Below are positions 52,065 to 64,000 of a stretch of 64,000 nucleotides of DNA, in pieces. The notes beneath the pieces were generated by a model. It searched no databases. It was not told the DNA's origin and saw nothing but the letters and a program-made list of their open reading frames with translations. Each line of letters begins with the position of its first letter. Within the stretch, counting starts at the first letter, position 1. The position numbers were made by a program, and so were the translations under genes. Source of the DNA: Lama guanicoe. Its lineage: Eukaryota. Where the stretch lies: positions 15,318,029 to 15,382,028 of the forward strand of contig MU054323.1 of the NCBI GenBank assembly GCA_013239625.1, in the 5' to 3' direction.

Positions 52065-52440
52065 TGCTTTGTGCCATAATAAAATACCACAGACCGGCTG
52101 GCTTAAACAACAGTTTTTTTTTTTCTTTTTCTCACAGTTCCATAGGCTGGAATGTCCAAGATCCAGGTGCTAGCAGATTTGAGTCTTGGTGAGGGCTCTC
52201 TCCTGAGCTTGCAGACATCCACCTTCTCACTGTGACTCCACATGGCAGAGAGAAAGAGCTCTGGTCTCTCGTCCTCTTCTTATAAAGTGACCAAGCCCAT
52301 ATTTAGGGCCCCACTCTCATGACCTTATCTAAACCTAATGACCTCCCAAAGGCCTCATCTCCAAACACTATCGCATTGGAAGTTAGGGCTTCAAGATATG
52401 AATAGGGGAGGGATCGAACTCAAACATTCACCCATAGCAC
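52065..52440. mobile_element. MLT1A-like MaLR solo LTR
   Basis: 'gccataataaaataccacagaccggctggcttaaacaacag...tcttggtgagggctctc...ctcatgaccttatctaaacctaatgacctccc...agttagggcttcaagatatgaat'. Confidence 0.85.
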
Positions 52441-53139
52441 TTTGTAATATAAAATAAGCAACCCCTTTTTTTCTCTACGAAGTGTTTTCCTATATATGAT
52501 TGTCGTAACATGGTAATTTGCACATTAGGTTTCTAAGAATATCTGAAATTCTACTCTCTTTCTAATTCATTGGTTCCTTGCCAAAATCTTCTGAGTACCA
52601 CAGGATTTGTTTTATTATGATTTCTGATAGAATAGGGTGTCTTGGAAAAAGGCAAAAGATGATATGTGGGGTTTGAATTTGTGGGTATGTGGGACTTATA
52701 ATTTTTAAAATATCTTTAATAAATGTGATAAATCTTTAACATATGCAATAAAATCTTATAGACTTATGAAAAAAGGTACATTCCAAATAATTTAAAATAC
52801 TACTCAATTAAAGTTGTTTAAAGAAAAATTCCATGTTACCTAAAACATGTTTATAATATTTTCACATGTGATACTACCTGAGCCAGCCAGCAAGTTTATG
52901 GTTTCTAGTGAATTGATGAGAAATGCCTCACAGTCTTTGTGACTGTGTGCCCTCTAGAGCTGTGCAGTGCACAACCTAGGCAACCATTCTTGGTGGCTTT
53001 TTTGTGAAATAGTGTCTGTCCTTCAGCACAGGCAGATCTCTCCTAGCCTTTAATTGGGCTTTGTCCATACCAATGATTTAACCCTGACTGCACATTAAGT
53101 CAATTAAACAGACTCTCTGGGGTGGGAACCAAGTGTCAG

Positions 53140-53900
53140 TTTTTCAGAATTTATGGGGATTTGTGTGTGTGTGTGTGTGTGTGGGTGTGGTTACAATGAT
53201 TGTAGAAGTGTGTTGCTCCTGGCATTTAGTAGGCAGGGCCTGGAGATGATATGCCTCCTACACTTCAGGGACCAATCCCTTAAACAAAGAACTGTCTTGT
53301 GTCTTACATCATTTTTTAATGTCTTATTGGATTTTTCATGTTGCTAAAAAGAATTGTTTATAATGATCTCATCCTGGAACCTAAGTCTGTTTTACATATA
53401 AACATATGTGAATATATGTAAAACATAAAAGCATTTTTTCAATTTTAATATACATTGAGTTTTTTAGGAAAGCAACCATCAATTAAATAGAAGATTGTTC
53501 TCTTATGAGTTCAGAACTTTGCCAACAGCTCTTAGCCATTTTAGAAAAAAGTTACTCAAAACAATGCTATCCCTGGAATTTAAGTCACCAACATAACGTA
53601 CCTGTATCAATCTCCATTTAGGTAAATTCATGGGGGGGTGCTGTGTATCAATGCAAGCATATGTCTGTTTTACTGTGTCTTCTAATGTGATTGTGTCTAT
53701 GCACTTACATATTAAAATACATTGCATTATATTTTCTTTTGATTATGCCTTATATTTTAGTTATAGAATTATATTGGTTTTTTAAGTTATGTATATATTC
53801 AGGTTATCTATAATTTACCCACAAAGAAAATAAAGAGGGCCTTACAAAATTATTTGTTATTGAAAAGAACACTGGGATCTGAAATGGTTGAGAACGATGG
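53140..53900. mobile_element. MER20B/Charlie-like hAT element
   Basis: 'ggttacaatgattg...ctcctggcatttagtaggcagggcc' start; ends 'gggatctgaaatggttgagaacgatgg'. Confidence 0.55.
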
Positions 53901-54049
53901 CCATAGGTTGTGCTTTCTTTCTTGAAATTGTTGCCTTATGAAAAATAATATTTAAAAAGCCCCACCTTAACTGGTTCCAGCTCGTATCCTTTTCAATTTT
54001 TGATTTGGAATTAAACCTGAAACGTTATTCCTAATTCTTTTTGTGTGTG

Positions 54050-54300
54050 TGTGGCTTAAACAACAAAAATGTGTTGTCTCATGTTTTAGAAGCCAGAAGT
54101 TTGAAATCAAGATGTCAGCAGAGTTGGTTCCCTCTGATGGATTTGATAGATGCTCTGCTCCAGGCTTCATTCCTTGGCTTATAGGATGGTCATCTTCTCC
54201 CTGTGTCTCTTTGCGTTGTTGGCCTTCTATGTGTGTCTGTCTCTGTTCAACTTTTCCCTTTTTAAAAGGATACCAGTCATACTGGAGTAGGGCCTCAATT
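54050..54300. mobile_element. MLT1B/C-like MaLR LTR fragment
   Basis: 'gtggcttaaacaacaaaaatgtgttgtctcatg...aaatcaagatgtcagcagagttggttcc...aaggataccagtcatactggagtagggcc'. Confidence 0.75.
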
Positions 54301-54479
54301 CTTGTGCTAGACTACAAGTGTCCTAAAGACAAGAGGTACAGGTCTGAATGAGGATTTGTCTACAGCCTGCTGTGATAGAGCCTTTCATTGAGCCACTTAA
54401 AGTATCTTTTAGGAGTTTTCAATTGACTCTTCTTAATGAGTTTTTGATTGACTTTTCTAAATTTTTTTCTCATTAAATC

Positions 54480-55170
54480 TTAGTCAACCAAATTCAGTTT
54501 TAATAACTAAACTCTTTGCATCCAGTGATCTATTTCCTCATCCCATTTCATGCACTCACTGTCATGTTCATACCCCTAACCTTGTCAACGCTAATAGCTC
54601 CTCTGAAATCTCAATTTCAAGCATTCTATTCTCTGCTGACAGCCTTCTATCCTTAGGGGCCACCTATTCCAGAACACCCATTCCAGCAATCCATTGAAAT
54701 CTCCAACCCATTGCTCTTGTTCCTTCCTTGCTGTATCCAGTTCTCCCCATGTTCCCCTATTCCTCTACCCATCCGCTCACAATGTCCTCATATCTCCAAG
54801 CTTGTTCTCAGCCTAGGAATTGGCACTAGCTCTTCCCTCTGATGGAAATACTTTTTCTGTCTCATACTTGAATGGCTCACTTGTAGTCGTTCATATTTCA
54901 GCTTAAAGACCACCTATTCAAAGAAATCTTCTCTAAACTATTCCATCTAAAGCAGCCACTTCGTCTATCTGAGATGACCATCACATCATCCGTTTTAAGT
55001 CTCTATAAAGCGCTTATTATCAATAAGATTTTTGTCTTGCTAATTTTTGATCTGTCTCCATTCATTTCAGTATATGCTACATAAAAGCAGAGAGCTTGTC
55101 TGTCCTGTCCATTGAGAAACTGTGCTTGAGGACAAAGAAGGTACTCAATAGATATTTGAAAGAGGTAGAA
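54480..55170 (+). mobile_element. L2 fragments with 3' end
   Basis: 'ccttgtc...ctctgaaatctcaatttcaagcattc' and terminal 'ggtactcaatagatatttgaa'. Confidence 0.65.
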
Positions 55171-55914
55171 TGGAAAGAAGAAATGAAGGAAGGAAAGCGG
55201 GAAGAAAGAACAGAATAAGAGAGGAAACACATAGATGTTAATAAGGGAGCATTCCCTTTTTTAAAAGTGAAAACATGAGGAGTACATGAAAAAAAGCAAT
55301 AAAAGTAGTAATGATGATGGTATGACAAGCTTTGATTTCCCTGATCCCCCCTTAGGGAAGGCTCATCGTTTCACCTTTGCACCATGACAGAGCTTTCCAA
55401 AAGCCCAGATAATAGCACTTCTCATCTTGTGTTATAATTATTTATTGACACTGTTGTCTCTCCCAATAATATGTGATCTCCTTGTGGGCAGGGAATGTGT
55501 CTGATTCATATTTATACCCTAGGTGCTGGCACAGAAAAATAATAGTAGCTTAATAAATAAATGGATGAAGGAAAGAGAGAGAGGAAAACATAAGACTAAT
55601 AATGTAAAGGATGGAAATTGTGGTAAATTCTCTCTTTTTGGTGCTGTTCCTTCTCTAAGTCATTGAAAATGAACACAGGGAAACATACACTTATAAGATA
55701 TACTTTTATAAGACAGGATAGCATGAAGGTTAAGAGCATGAATTCCAGAGCCAGTCTATTGAGTTCAAATGCTAATGTAACTACTTCTCAGCTGAGTGAC
55801 TTTGGACAAATTACTTAACTTGCTTGGACCTCAGTTTCGTCATCTACGAAATGGAGATAAAGGCAAAATCTACCTCACAGTCTATGAGAAATGAAGGAGT
55901 TAAAATAGGTATAT

Positions 55915-56350
55915 CAGTTAGTTTTTGATGCATAAAAATTGCCCCCAAACTTAATACTTTATAACACAATTATTAGCTCATGATTCTTTGGGTTGACAGT
56001 TTGCACTGAGTTCACACAAGTAGTCCCTCTGCTGGCCTTCCCTGGGCTCATTCATGCGCTGGCAGTCAGCTGGGGCTGCCTGACCTCACTTGCATGTCTT
56101 ATTCCTGGCTTGGGTGACTCACTTGTGTATCTCCAGCAATTAGCAGACTGGCCTGGACTTCTTCAGGTGGCAGCTGGGTTCTAGGGCTGGAAACGAGAGA
56201 TCACAACAAGTACCGAAGCACTTTCCAAGCTTTTTTCTTGCATTACATTTGCTGGCGTCTCTTTGGCCAAAGCAACTCATATGGCCAAGTCCAGATCAAG
56301 ATGTAAAGAAATAGAATACTTGATGAGAGGAGCTTCAACATGGTGTGGTC
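55915..56350. mobile_element. MLT1-type LTR inserted into a MIR (MIR halves at about 55720-55910 and 56380-56440)
   Basis: 'tcagttagtttttgatgcataaaaattgcccccaaactta...ttggccaaagcaactcatatggccaagtccaga'; MIR core 'cctcagtttcgtcatctacgaaatggagataa' on the left. Confidence 0.7.
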
Positions 56351-58067
56351 AGTTTTGAAAAATATCCAAAAACACACACGTGAAAACACTTAGGATAGTG
56401 GCTGTCACGTAGGAAGCAGTATGCGCATCCTTGGTTAACAGTATCTATGGCAGGACTTACACAGACGCTTTAGAAGCCAGCCCTAGGGCACCTACTCTGT
56501 GTGAAAACAGGAAACAGAGCCAGAACGAAGTGTTCTCAACCAGTTTTATTTTGTGGGGAAAAAAATGGGAATTCTACAAAACTTCCAAAGCCTAACTCCA
56601 CTTCAAGAGGGTGTTCAGACTTCTGTATTTCAGTATGACTGAAGAGGCAGGAGCCTGGGTTCTGGGATCAAATTGCCTACCTCCTAGCTGGGTGACTTCA
56701 GGCAAATTACTTAACCACTCTAAGCCTCAATTTCTGCATCTGTAGTTTTGGAGAAATGGTAAGTTCTAACCCCCGAGGTCCTTGTGAGGATTATATGAGG
56801 CAAAATATATACTGCTGCTGCTGACCCATGATGAGCATCTAATAAAAGTTAGCTATTATTTTTTTATTTTTTTTTAAGACTCAAAAATTATCTAGTACTG
56901 TTTAGAGACTTCCAACCTTGGTGACACATTGGAATTACCCAAGGAGCATAAAAATGCTGACCCCTGTCCCGCTCCACACATGCTCATGTAAATGATCCAG
57001 AGGGAGACCTCTGCACTGCGGGTTTTGAAAGTTTCCAAGTAGTTCTAAAGTGCAACCAAGACTGAGTGCTGTAGGTCTACTGAGGAGGATGTTAGAGATG
57101 GTCCAGGGCAAACACTTCATTGCAGAACTAGACTCCCACCCCCAGTTCTTTCCCTTTTATCTGACCCCTGTGAGGACACATTAGCCCAAGGGCAACCCTT
57201 CTTGCCAAGAACCCCGTGCTGGGAGGGGGGAAGTTGACTTCCTCTTAAGACTACTTTATGCCAAAGTCAAGGCTTCTGAATTAACTCCAAGGATGATTTG
57301 CTCTCCCTTGATTATATAATCCTCCCCCCAACACTTTTCAGGTTTGATTCTTAATAAGATGCAGATTCTGCTTATGTTTGTTTGAATTAGCCTTTTATTT
57401 CATTTATTCAGTTTTCCTTAGGGAAGAAATGCCATCTTATATACATATTCACGCAAACTCAGGGTTGTATTTCGGGGAGGTGGGGGGAAGCAGATTTTTC
57501 TTCCTTTCTGTGTTCTTCTTTCCTCCCATGCTCCCTCCTCCCTCTTCCTCTTCCTCCCCTCCTTCCGTCCCTCCCCGAACTAACCCCCCCCACCTCCGCC
57601 ATGGAGCACATTTGTCTTAGGTTACCACCTGCCTAATAATCTTTACTGTAGAGAATTTTCTGCTCCTTTTAAATTGTTTGTGGAAATAGGAGTGTTCCTC
57701 AGTTTGTAATAGTGATTCTGCTGAAATGCCAATAATTCTCAGGATCAGAGGGCCAGCCCCTCCGCAAGATCAGGAGAGATGGGGCAATTCTGTGACTGTT
57801 CCCTTGGTGAAAGGCTGACCCATGAGGACGGAAAGAAATGGACTGAGAGCTGGTGGTGTCAGGCATTGCTAAGGGGCAGGCAGAGTATTCAAAGGAAATT
57901 CCTTTCCGTCTTTTTTCCTCTCCAGCTTTAGTCTTTACAAATATTAGCCCTTTGTCATTTTCTTAGAGCTTCTCATTAACTAAGATTGAAGGTAACAAAT
58001 TCAATGAACAAGAGAAAAGTGGGTACAAAGCAAGGTTCTCAGGAACCTGGCCTTAAAAAAAAAGTAT

Positions 58068-58175
58068 TCTGAATATGAAAACAAACATATGTATGTATAT
58101 GTATGACTGAAACTTCATGCTCTACACCAGAAATTGACACAACATTGTAAACTGAATATACTTCCGTTTTTTTGA
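58068..58175 (+). mobile_element. Short L1 3' tip
   Basis: 'gaatatgaaaacaaacatatgtatgtatatgtatgactgaaac...acaccagaaattgacacaacattgtaaactga'. Confidence 0.85.
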
Positions 58176-58649
58176 AAAGTACATAAAGAGGTGAATGGAC
58201 AAGCAAAAAAAAATGTATTCTTACATGAGTAAAGTTGGATACCAAACTGAATACACGCTATGATCTAATCTTCTCATTTATTATACCTATATAGGTATAT
58301 ATGATTATATATCCCCCTGAATGATGGGACTATAGAGAATATATTCTTATTGTTGCTGAGCTGTAGCTTGATTCTTTTATGATGAAATGTATTTCCATGT
58401 ATCCAAAAAGCAATAAAATCATTATTTTAAAAGCAAAACAAATGCTAAATATTGATCTTAGAATAAAACCTTGCAGTCCATTCTTTTTTGATATTCATTA
58501 TTCCCAAACTCTTTTCTTGCGATGTTCAGAATCTTAGGAGAGTTATAAAATTAACTGATTCCTTTAATCACATATTGATGTGATTAAAGAGTGTGTGTGT
58601 GTACGTGCGTGCACACATGCTCAGGTTTATTGTAGTTTTGGCCTTTATT

Positions 58650-58830
58650 CCAACTCCCACTTATCACTTTAGACCAATTTGTATCATTTCCCTAGCCTCC
58701 TCAGCATTTGTGACATTTCCAATTCCATCTGCAGATTTAATTAACGTGCTGCTTGTTCACTCTTCCACATCGCTGATAAGAAGAGACATAAAACTGGACC
58801 GAGCGCTGACTGCTACACAATCTCACTACC
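58650..58830 (-). mobile_element. CR1/L3 LINE reverse-transcriptase fragment
   Basis: Minus-strand reading (one frameshift, stops) QSALGPVL..LISDVEE*TSSTLIKSADG matches CR1 RT VPQGSVLGPVLFNIFINDLE...LIKFADD. Confidence 0.75.
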
Positions 58831-59559
58831 TCCCACAACTGGACACATCCTTCTGCTTTACCCAGTTTTGGAGCCAAGCTGATTGAAACTGATTTTGCAA
58901 GTAAAATTCACTCAGACATCGCAGCAAATGATTTATGAAGTCCATGCAGCCGTGTGGTGTCCCATTAATCACAGACACTACAATAATCTATTTGTGTGCA
59001 GCAGTCCTCATAAATCGGAATAAAATAAATTCCACAAGCGCATCTTCAGCTTTTGCAACAGGGCACATGGTATTATTCAGGGCACCATCCACATAATGCA
59101 ATGTTAGCAGACTTGCAGATTCCTGAGCTTGGTCAAGCAAGTAAAAATATGCATTCATTTACCGATGCATGCCAAAGCTAAAGAAATTACAGCTTGTTCA
59201 TCCATCAGATGAGACAATTCCTTTAGGGCTCAGCTTTCTCAAATTTTTTTAATGAAAAGTGATGCAAATAGAGTATATGAATAATAACAATAAAAGTGGT
59301 GAGATGATTTTGTTAAAAAACAATTCAGAATTATATCTTGAAATAAATGTTGAGCACTTAACTATCATCCCCATTTGGAGATCTTATTTCGCCATTATTA
59401 TGAAACAATTTTGAAAATTCTCATTTGAGATTGATCTGTGTTTCACATAACAAAAAATGTCTTTAGTTGTGGCAAGCTCACTTTATTTATGAGTGTACTT
59501 CTTATCTTGAATACAGTCCAAAATTATCGAAGACCATGTCTGGTAAAGACTGTGAATGT

Positions 59560-60480
59560 TCCAGATAGAAAATAGTAATTTTTTCAAAACGTGAACAAAT
59601 TTATTTTTCCTAATTATATAAAGAGAATATTGTAAAATTAAAATTTAACAATTTAAAAATACATTGCATTAAATAATAATGGCATAAAAAGGATTGCATA
59701 ACATCCTAACACACAAAGATAATCACTCTTAATATATTAGTAAATAGCTTTTCCAGAATATGCTCTATATGTGTGTTTGTGTCTTGAGAGATGGATATGG
59801 AAACACAGATATAAACAAAATGAAATGAGATTCCATCATAATTGTTATTTTATTACTTGCTTTTAAAAAATCAACATTATGTTGTGACTGTGTCTCCAAT
59901 ATAATAAATATAGAACCACATCATCATTTTAATAACTGTAATTTTCCATTACATAGATTTATTTAATCAGTATTCCATTCATGGACATTTAGTTTATTTT
60001 CATGATTTCAACTATGAACAAAACTATGATGGACATCCTGGTTGCTAGACATTTGTAAAATAGACCTTATTCTCTTGTTAGAAAAAGAGTTCTAGAATAA
60101 GAAATTTGCTTAAAATAAGATTTATTTTCTTAGAGAAACTCTTAAAATTTTGATATCTGGGTCAGGGATATGCCAAGCTAATATTTTGAGGTGTACTGTT
60201 AAACTGCCTTCCAGAAAAATTGTACTCATTTGTACTATCACTAACAATTCATGAAAGTATTTCTTGCCCCCATCCTTGCTAATCCTGGATATTGCCAGTC
60301 TTTAAAAATCTTTATCAATCTGATAGATGAAAACTGTTTTCTCACATGTCCTTGACTATGTTTGGTTGAACATCCTTTCGTATGTTTATTGGTCATTTAC
60401 AATTCTTCTTTTGGGAGTTACCTGTCCTTATATATTTCTCATTTGGGGGAGGCAACGTTCATCAACTTTATTGATTTATG
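59560..60480 (-). mobile_element. Very old L1 (L1ME-like) 3' region
   Basis: 'atggacatttagtttattttca...ctatgatggacatcct...aaactgccttccagaaaaattgtac...tttcgtatgtttattggtcattt'. Confidence 0.7.
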
Positions 60481-60714
60481 GCACCCTACTTATACTAACA
60501 TAATGCTGTTTTTAATCAAAACCAATGCATGAGCCTAATGAGTCTAATTTCCTTATAGATTTGTAACTGGATCAGAGGTCAAAAATATTTTGAGAAATGG
60601 CAACATTCTTGGAAATGGAGTTTATTTTCCCCAGGGTGACACCGTGAGTGCTTTGAAAAATAATACTCATCTGTATATCTGATTTGTGTATATTTGTTTA
60701 AACAAAACATAATC

Positions 60715-60960
60715 CTTAGGCTTGAATAAGAGCCTGTGCTCTGGAATCAGATTGTCTATCCTCAAACTCTGACTCTTTCATTTAGAATCTGGGTGACCGA
60801 AGTCATGTTACTTAACTATTCTGTACCTTGGTTTCTTCATCTATAAAATGATGTCCCCACTGCATAGAGTTGTTCGGAATTCAATGAGAAGATGTACATA
60901 AACTATTTAGAATAGAGCTGAAAATATTTTAAGTGCTCAATAAATATTAGCTATTATTAA
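60715..60960 (+). mobile_element. MIR SINE
   Basis: 'aagagcctgtgctctggaatcaga...gttacttaac...gtttcttcatctataaaatg...gtgctcaataaatattagctatta'. Confidence 0.8.
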
Positions 60961-63273
60961 GTGCAATATTATATGGTTTCATGACCTGCTCAAACTTAAA
61001 CCACCAGTTCTACATCAAGGCATTTTTTAAATGTACATTTTATTGCTCTGTTTGTGGGTAAACTGCCCTGGTGATATGCTTAGACTCCTCAAATTTCAGT
61101 TTAGGAATTTAAAACTTAGAAGAGAGAGAGTTCTAGGGTAAGAAACAAGTCAGAAACCAAAGAAAACTCTCTCCTAGTCCTCTGGTGGCTTTTAGGACAT
61201 GGCAACAAGAGAATAAAGAAAGCCGTTCAAATCCTTGCTTTAGACTGACAGTGACAGGCACAATTTAGGCATCACCTAAGAGGGATTTAGATGGTTGAGG
61301 AGCTGGACAAGGGTGAGTTGGATGCAGAGGTGGTGGGAAAGACCTGGCAGCTCGGTTAGTCAGTAAGGCTTGGGTAAACTCATGGCTCTGAACAGGTAAA
61401 TGCCACTGCCCTAATCTACAAGTAAGAACACGAAACACCCAATAGCCTAGTCAAGCTATCCTGATCCTAGAATGAGACGAGTAGCCCCAACTCAATGTAT
61501 GATGAGTTGGTGCTGGATCTAAATCCTGACTCAGGCACATGGCCTATGTCCTTGGGATATTTAGGTCATTTCTCTCAGCTTCAGTTCCTTTTCTGTAAAA
61601 GTATGTTTGATTGTACCTTATAATGAAATTGCTATGAGGATTTAAAGAGTTAAGATATCAAAAGCTTTTAGCATCTACTTTGTTCCATGTGCTCAATTAA
61701 TGGAACCTAGCAGGCAAACAGAGGGGATGTTAAAAATATTTAGGATTGACACAACATTGTAAACTGACTATAACTCAATTAAAAACAAATTTAGGAACTA
61801 AGCTACATAGACACTGACTGATTAATCAGAACAAATGCCTGACCAGTGAGGCCAATTAGAAGGGACCCTAGTGAACAGGAAAATTGGCCCAGCCAATAAG
61901 AAGGGGGGATGCCGCCCCACACATACTGCTGGAGTGTGCTGTTTCTTAGGGATAAGAAAGTGGTTTTTACATTAAATAAAGTTTTCAAGAATTTGGGTCT
62001 TGGAGAAAGGAGCAAACAAATAATCAACAGGTCCACCTAGCAAACAACCGAGAGTCAGATGGAAGGAAAAAAACAGTAATGTGGGGAGTTCTGTTTCCTA
62101 GAGACTGTATTTTGAGACCAGGTGAAGTGCCTCAGGGTGGAAGGTGGTAGCTTGTGCACAGAAAAACAGGTGGTGCCCATCGGAAACTCAGGCACCAAGT
62201 GCCCAGGCAACAGAGCCCAACCCCAGACATCATCACTAATCACTAGAGTCAGAACACAGACAGCCAGGTGTTTAGGCAAAAGGAATAAGATTGCAACTGT
62301 AGAATGTGATGGGAAAAAGAGAAGGGAACTGAAAACAGATTTATTAGCTCCAAGGTGTGACCACCGGGGGCAAAAATCCTTTCACAGTCTGCTCCGTAGT
62401 AGACCTGGAGTCAGAGCCAGGTCAGAAGTAAACGAGTGACGTGCTGATACAGAGGAGCATGGCAGAGGGTTCCATGCTATTCCCACCATGTAGGAGATGG
62501 CGAAGAGTCTTCAGACTTTAGGTTATCAGCTCCCCCAGCCTCGTTTTCCTCATTTATAAAATGAAGCGGTTGAACCAGAGGATCTCTGAAGCCTCTTTCA
62601 ATACTATAGTTTTTCTTTACTTCTATAAAGAAATCTCAGAACTAAAGGGGCCTCCAGTCTCAATGGTCTTGTATTGTCCTCACTTAATATTGATGCCTAA
62701 TAGATGCTATGTAATCCTATTTATACTTGATATTCATCTGAGAAAGTACGGTTTTAATGAAAGGCTAGAAGTTTCTTTTTTTCAGATTCTAACTATGCAG
62801 CCAAGAACAAAATGGAAAACCAAAATTTAAGTGTAACCCGTGAAACTCAGGAACTCCTAATTTATTTTGGAATGTCAAAATCTATTGTGGCATGTTCGGT
62901 TTCGGGTCACAGCTCATTATCTCTCAGCTACGCTCTTTGGTACATCTCCCAAATAGTTTTCTGGCTTCCACTCATTGTCCCTCTCTTATTTGGCTGCTGT
63001 AATTTCAACGTTTCATTAAATACAAGGTCCCATCACTTAAGCAACCACATGATTTTATATACCACTGAGAACGAAAGTAAACAACTGCCAGTTAAAACTA
63101 TGACATGCCATCAATTGGGGGATGCATCTCACTTTCAGAGTTGTTCACATACTTTAAAAGTGTGTCTTAAATCAGTAATAAATAGTATTTTTATAAAATA
63201 GAAATTTGATGAGGTCACATGCCTCTGAAGTTTCCATACACTCCCCTATATGATGACGTCTAAACTCTTTGCT

Positions 63274-63411
63274 CAGGGGAGGATATAGCTCTAACGGTAG
63301 GGCTTGAGGCCCTGGGTTCACTCCCCAGTACCTCCATTAAAAACAACAACAACAACAACTAATCATAATAAATAAATAGACCTAATGACCCCCCCCCAAA
63401 TTAAATTAAAT
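63274..63411 (+). mobile_element. tRNA-derived SINE (vic-1-like) with internal deletion and 13-bp TSD
   Basis: TSD TAAACTCTTTGCT at 63261-63273 and 63412-63424; A and B boxes present; about 15 nt between them missing relative to the other copies. Confidence 0.9.
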
Positions 63412-64000
63412 TAAACTCTTTGCTGTTGATTCTGGGCCTTCATCATCCACTCAGACTTACTGGACTTGTCTCTTCATATATGTCATTGGGTATCAAGTTG
63501 CCTCAAACTTCATTTTTTTAAATTGCAAAACCATAAGTTCTCTTCCTTCTTTCAACAACATTTATTAAACATCTACTCTACACCAGGCCCTGTTCTAGGA
63601 ATTTCACTGTTTTCTTTGTTTGGAATCTCTTTCCTCCCTCTCACAATCCCTAAACCTGGTGTCTATTTTTCTTTCAAGCTCCAACCTAACTATCTTCTCA
63701 TTCATGAAAAAGTTCTGTGAAACCTCCAATTTCCTCTTGTAGACTGAATTTTGTAAACTTCTATTACACTATGTTGAAATAGTTGACTTACCAGTTGCCC
63801 ATCCAAGACTGCAGACCCCTTGAGCACACAAAAAAGTGACATTTATTTCTGTAATCAAAGTAGGGATTAGGGATGTGGGCTCCAGCTTCCTGACTTTAAA
63901 AGTCCCTGTTCTGCCTATTAGGAAATCATGGACCCTAAGTGGGAAGACAGACATGAAAAGTGACATGCTCAGGGAATTACAGACTGCTAGGGGGTACAGT

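Noticed and set aside
53388..53425. 13-bp AT-rich inverted repeat
   Set aside because: Low complexity and inside a putative hAT element.
57500..57636. CT-rich tract followed by a strong Kozak context (CCGCCATGG)
   Set aside because: The ORF is only 11 codons (MEHICLRLPPA), there is no CpG island and no good donor.
1594..63966. Remaining 60-130 aa ORFs in the track
   Set aside because: They overlap repeats or microsatellites or have random composition, as expected by chance in non-coding mammalian DNA; no evidence for a novel multi-gene system.

Overview
Mammalian genomic DNA, AT-rich, repeat-dense and with no prokaryotic-style genes. It is most likely camelid (alpaca/llama/camel), inferred from four copies of a short tRNA-derived SINE resembling camelid vic-1 and the absence of Alu, Bov-A/BovB, PRE1 or Can-SINE. 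The only recognisable protein-coding sequence is a processed RPL32 retrocopy (minus strand, intact 135-aa ORF, poly(A), 17-bp TSD). The rest reads as intergenic or deep intronic: L1 fragments (including a twin-primed/inverted mosaic), L2, MIR, CR1/L3, MaLR and MER21 LTRs, hAT MITEs and microsatellites. I could not identify a host gene and cannot support a new multi-gene system. The most notable signals are small-scale: a patchwork of templated copies at 38.3-38.5 kb, an A-B/A-x-B duplication at 26.0-26.2 kb, two SINEs stacked in one target site, a paired CLEAR/E-box element at 36.35 kb, and a chain of candidate non-coding exons at 42.4-45.4 kb. Repeat family names are by eye from remembered consensus sequences, and their boundaries are approximate.
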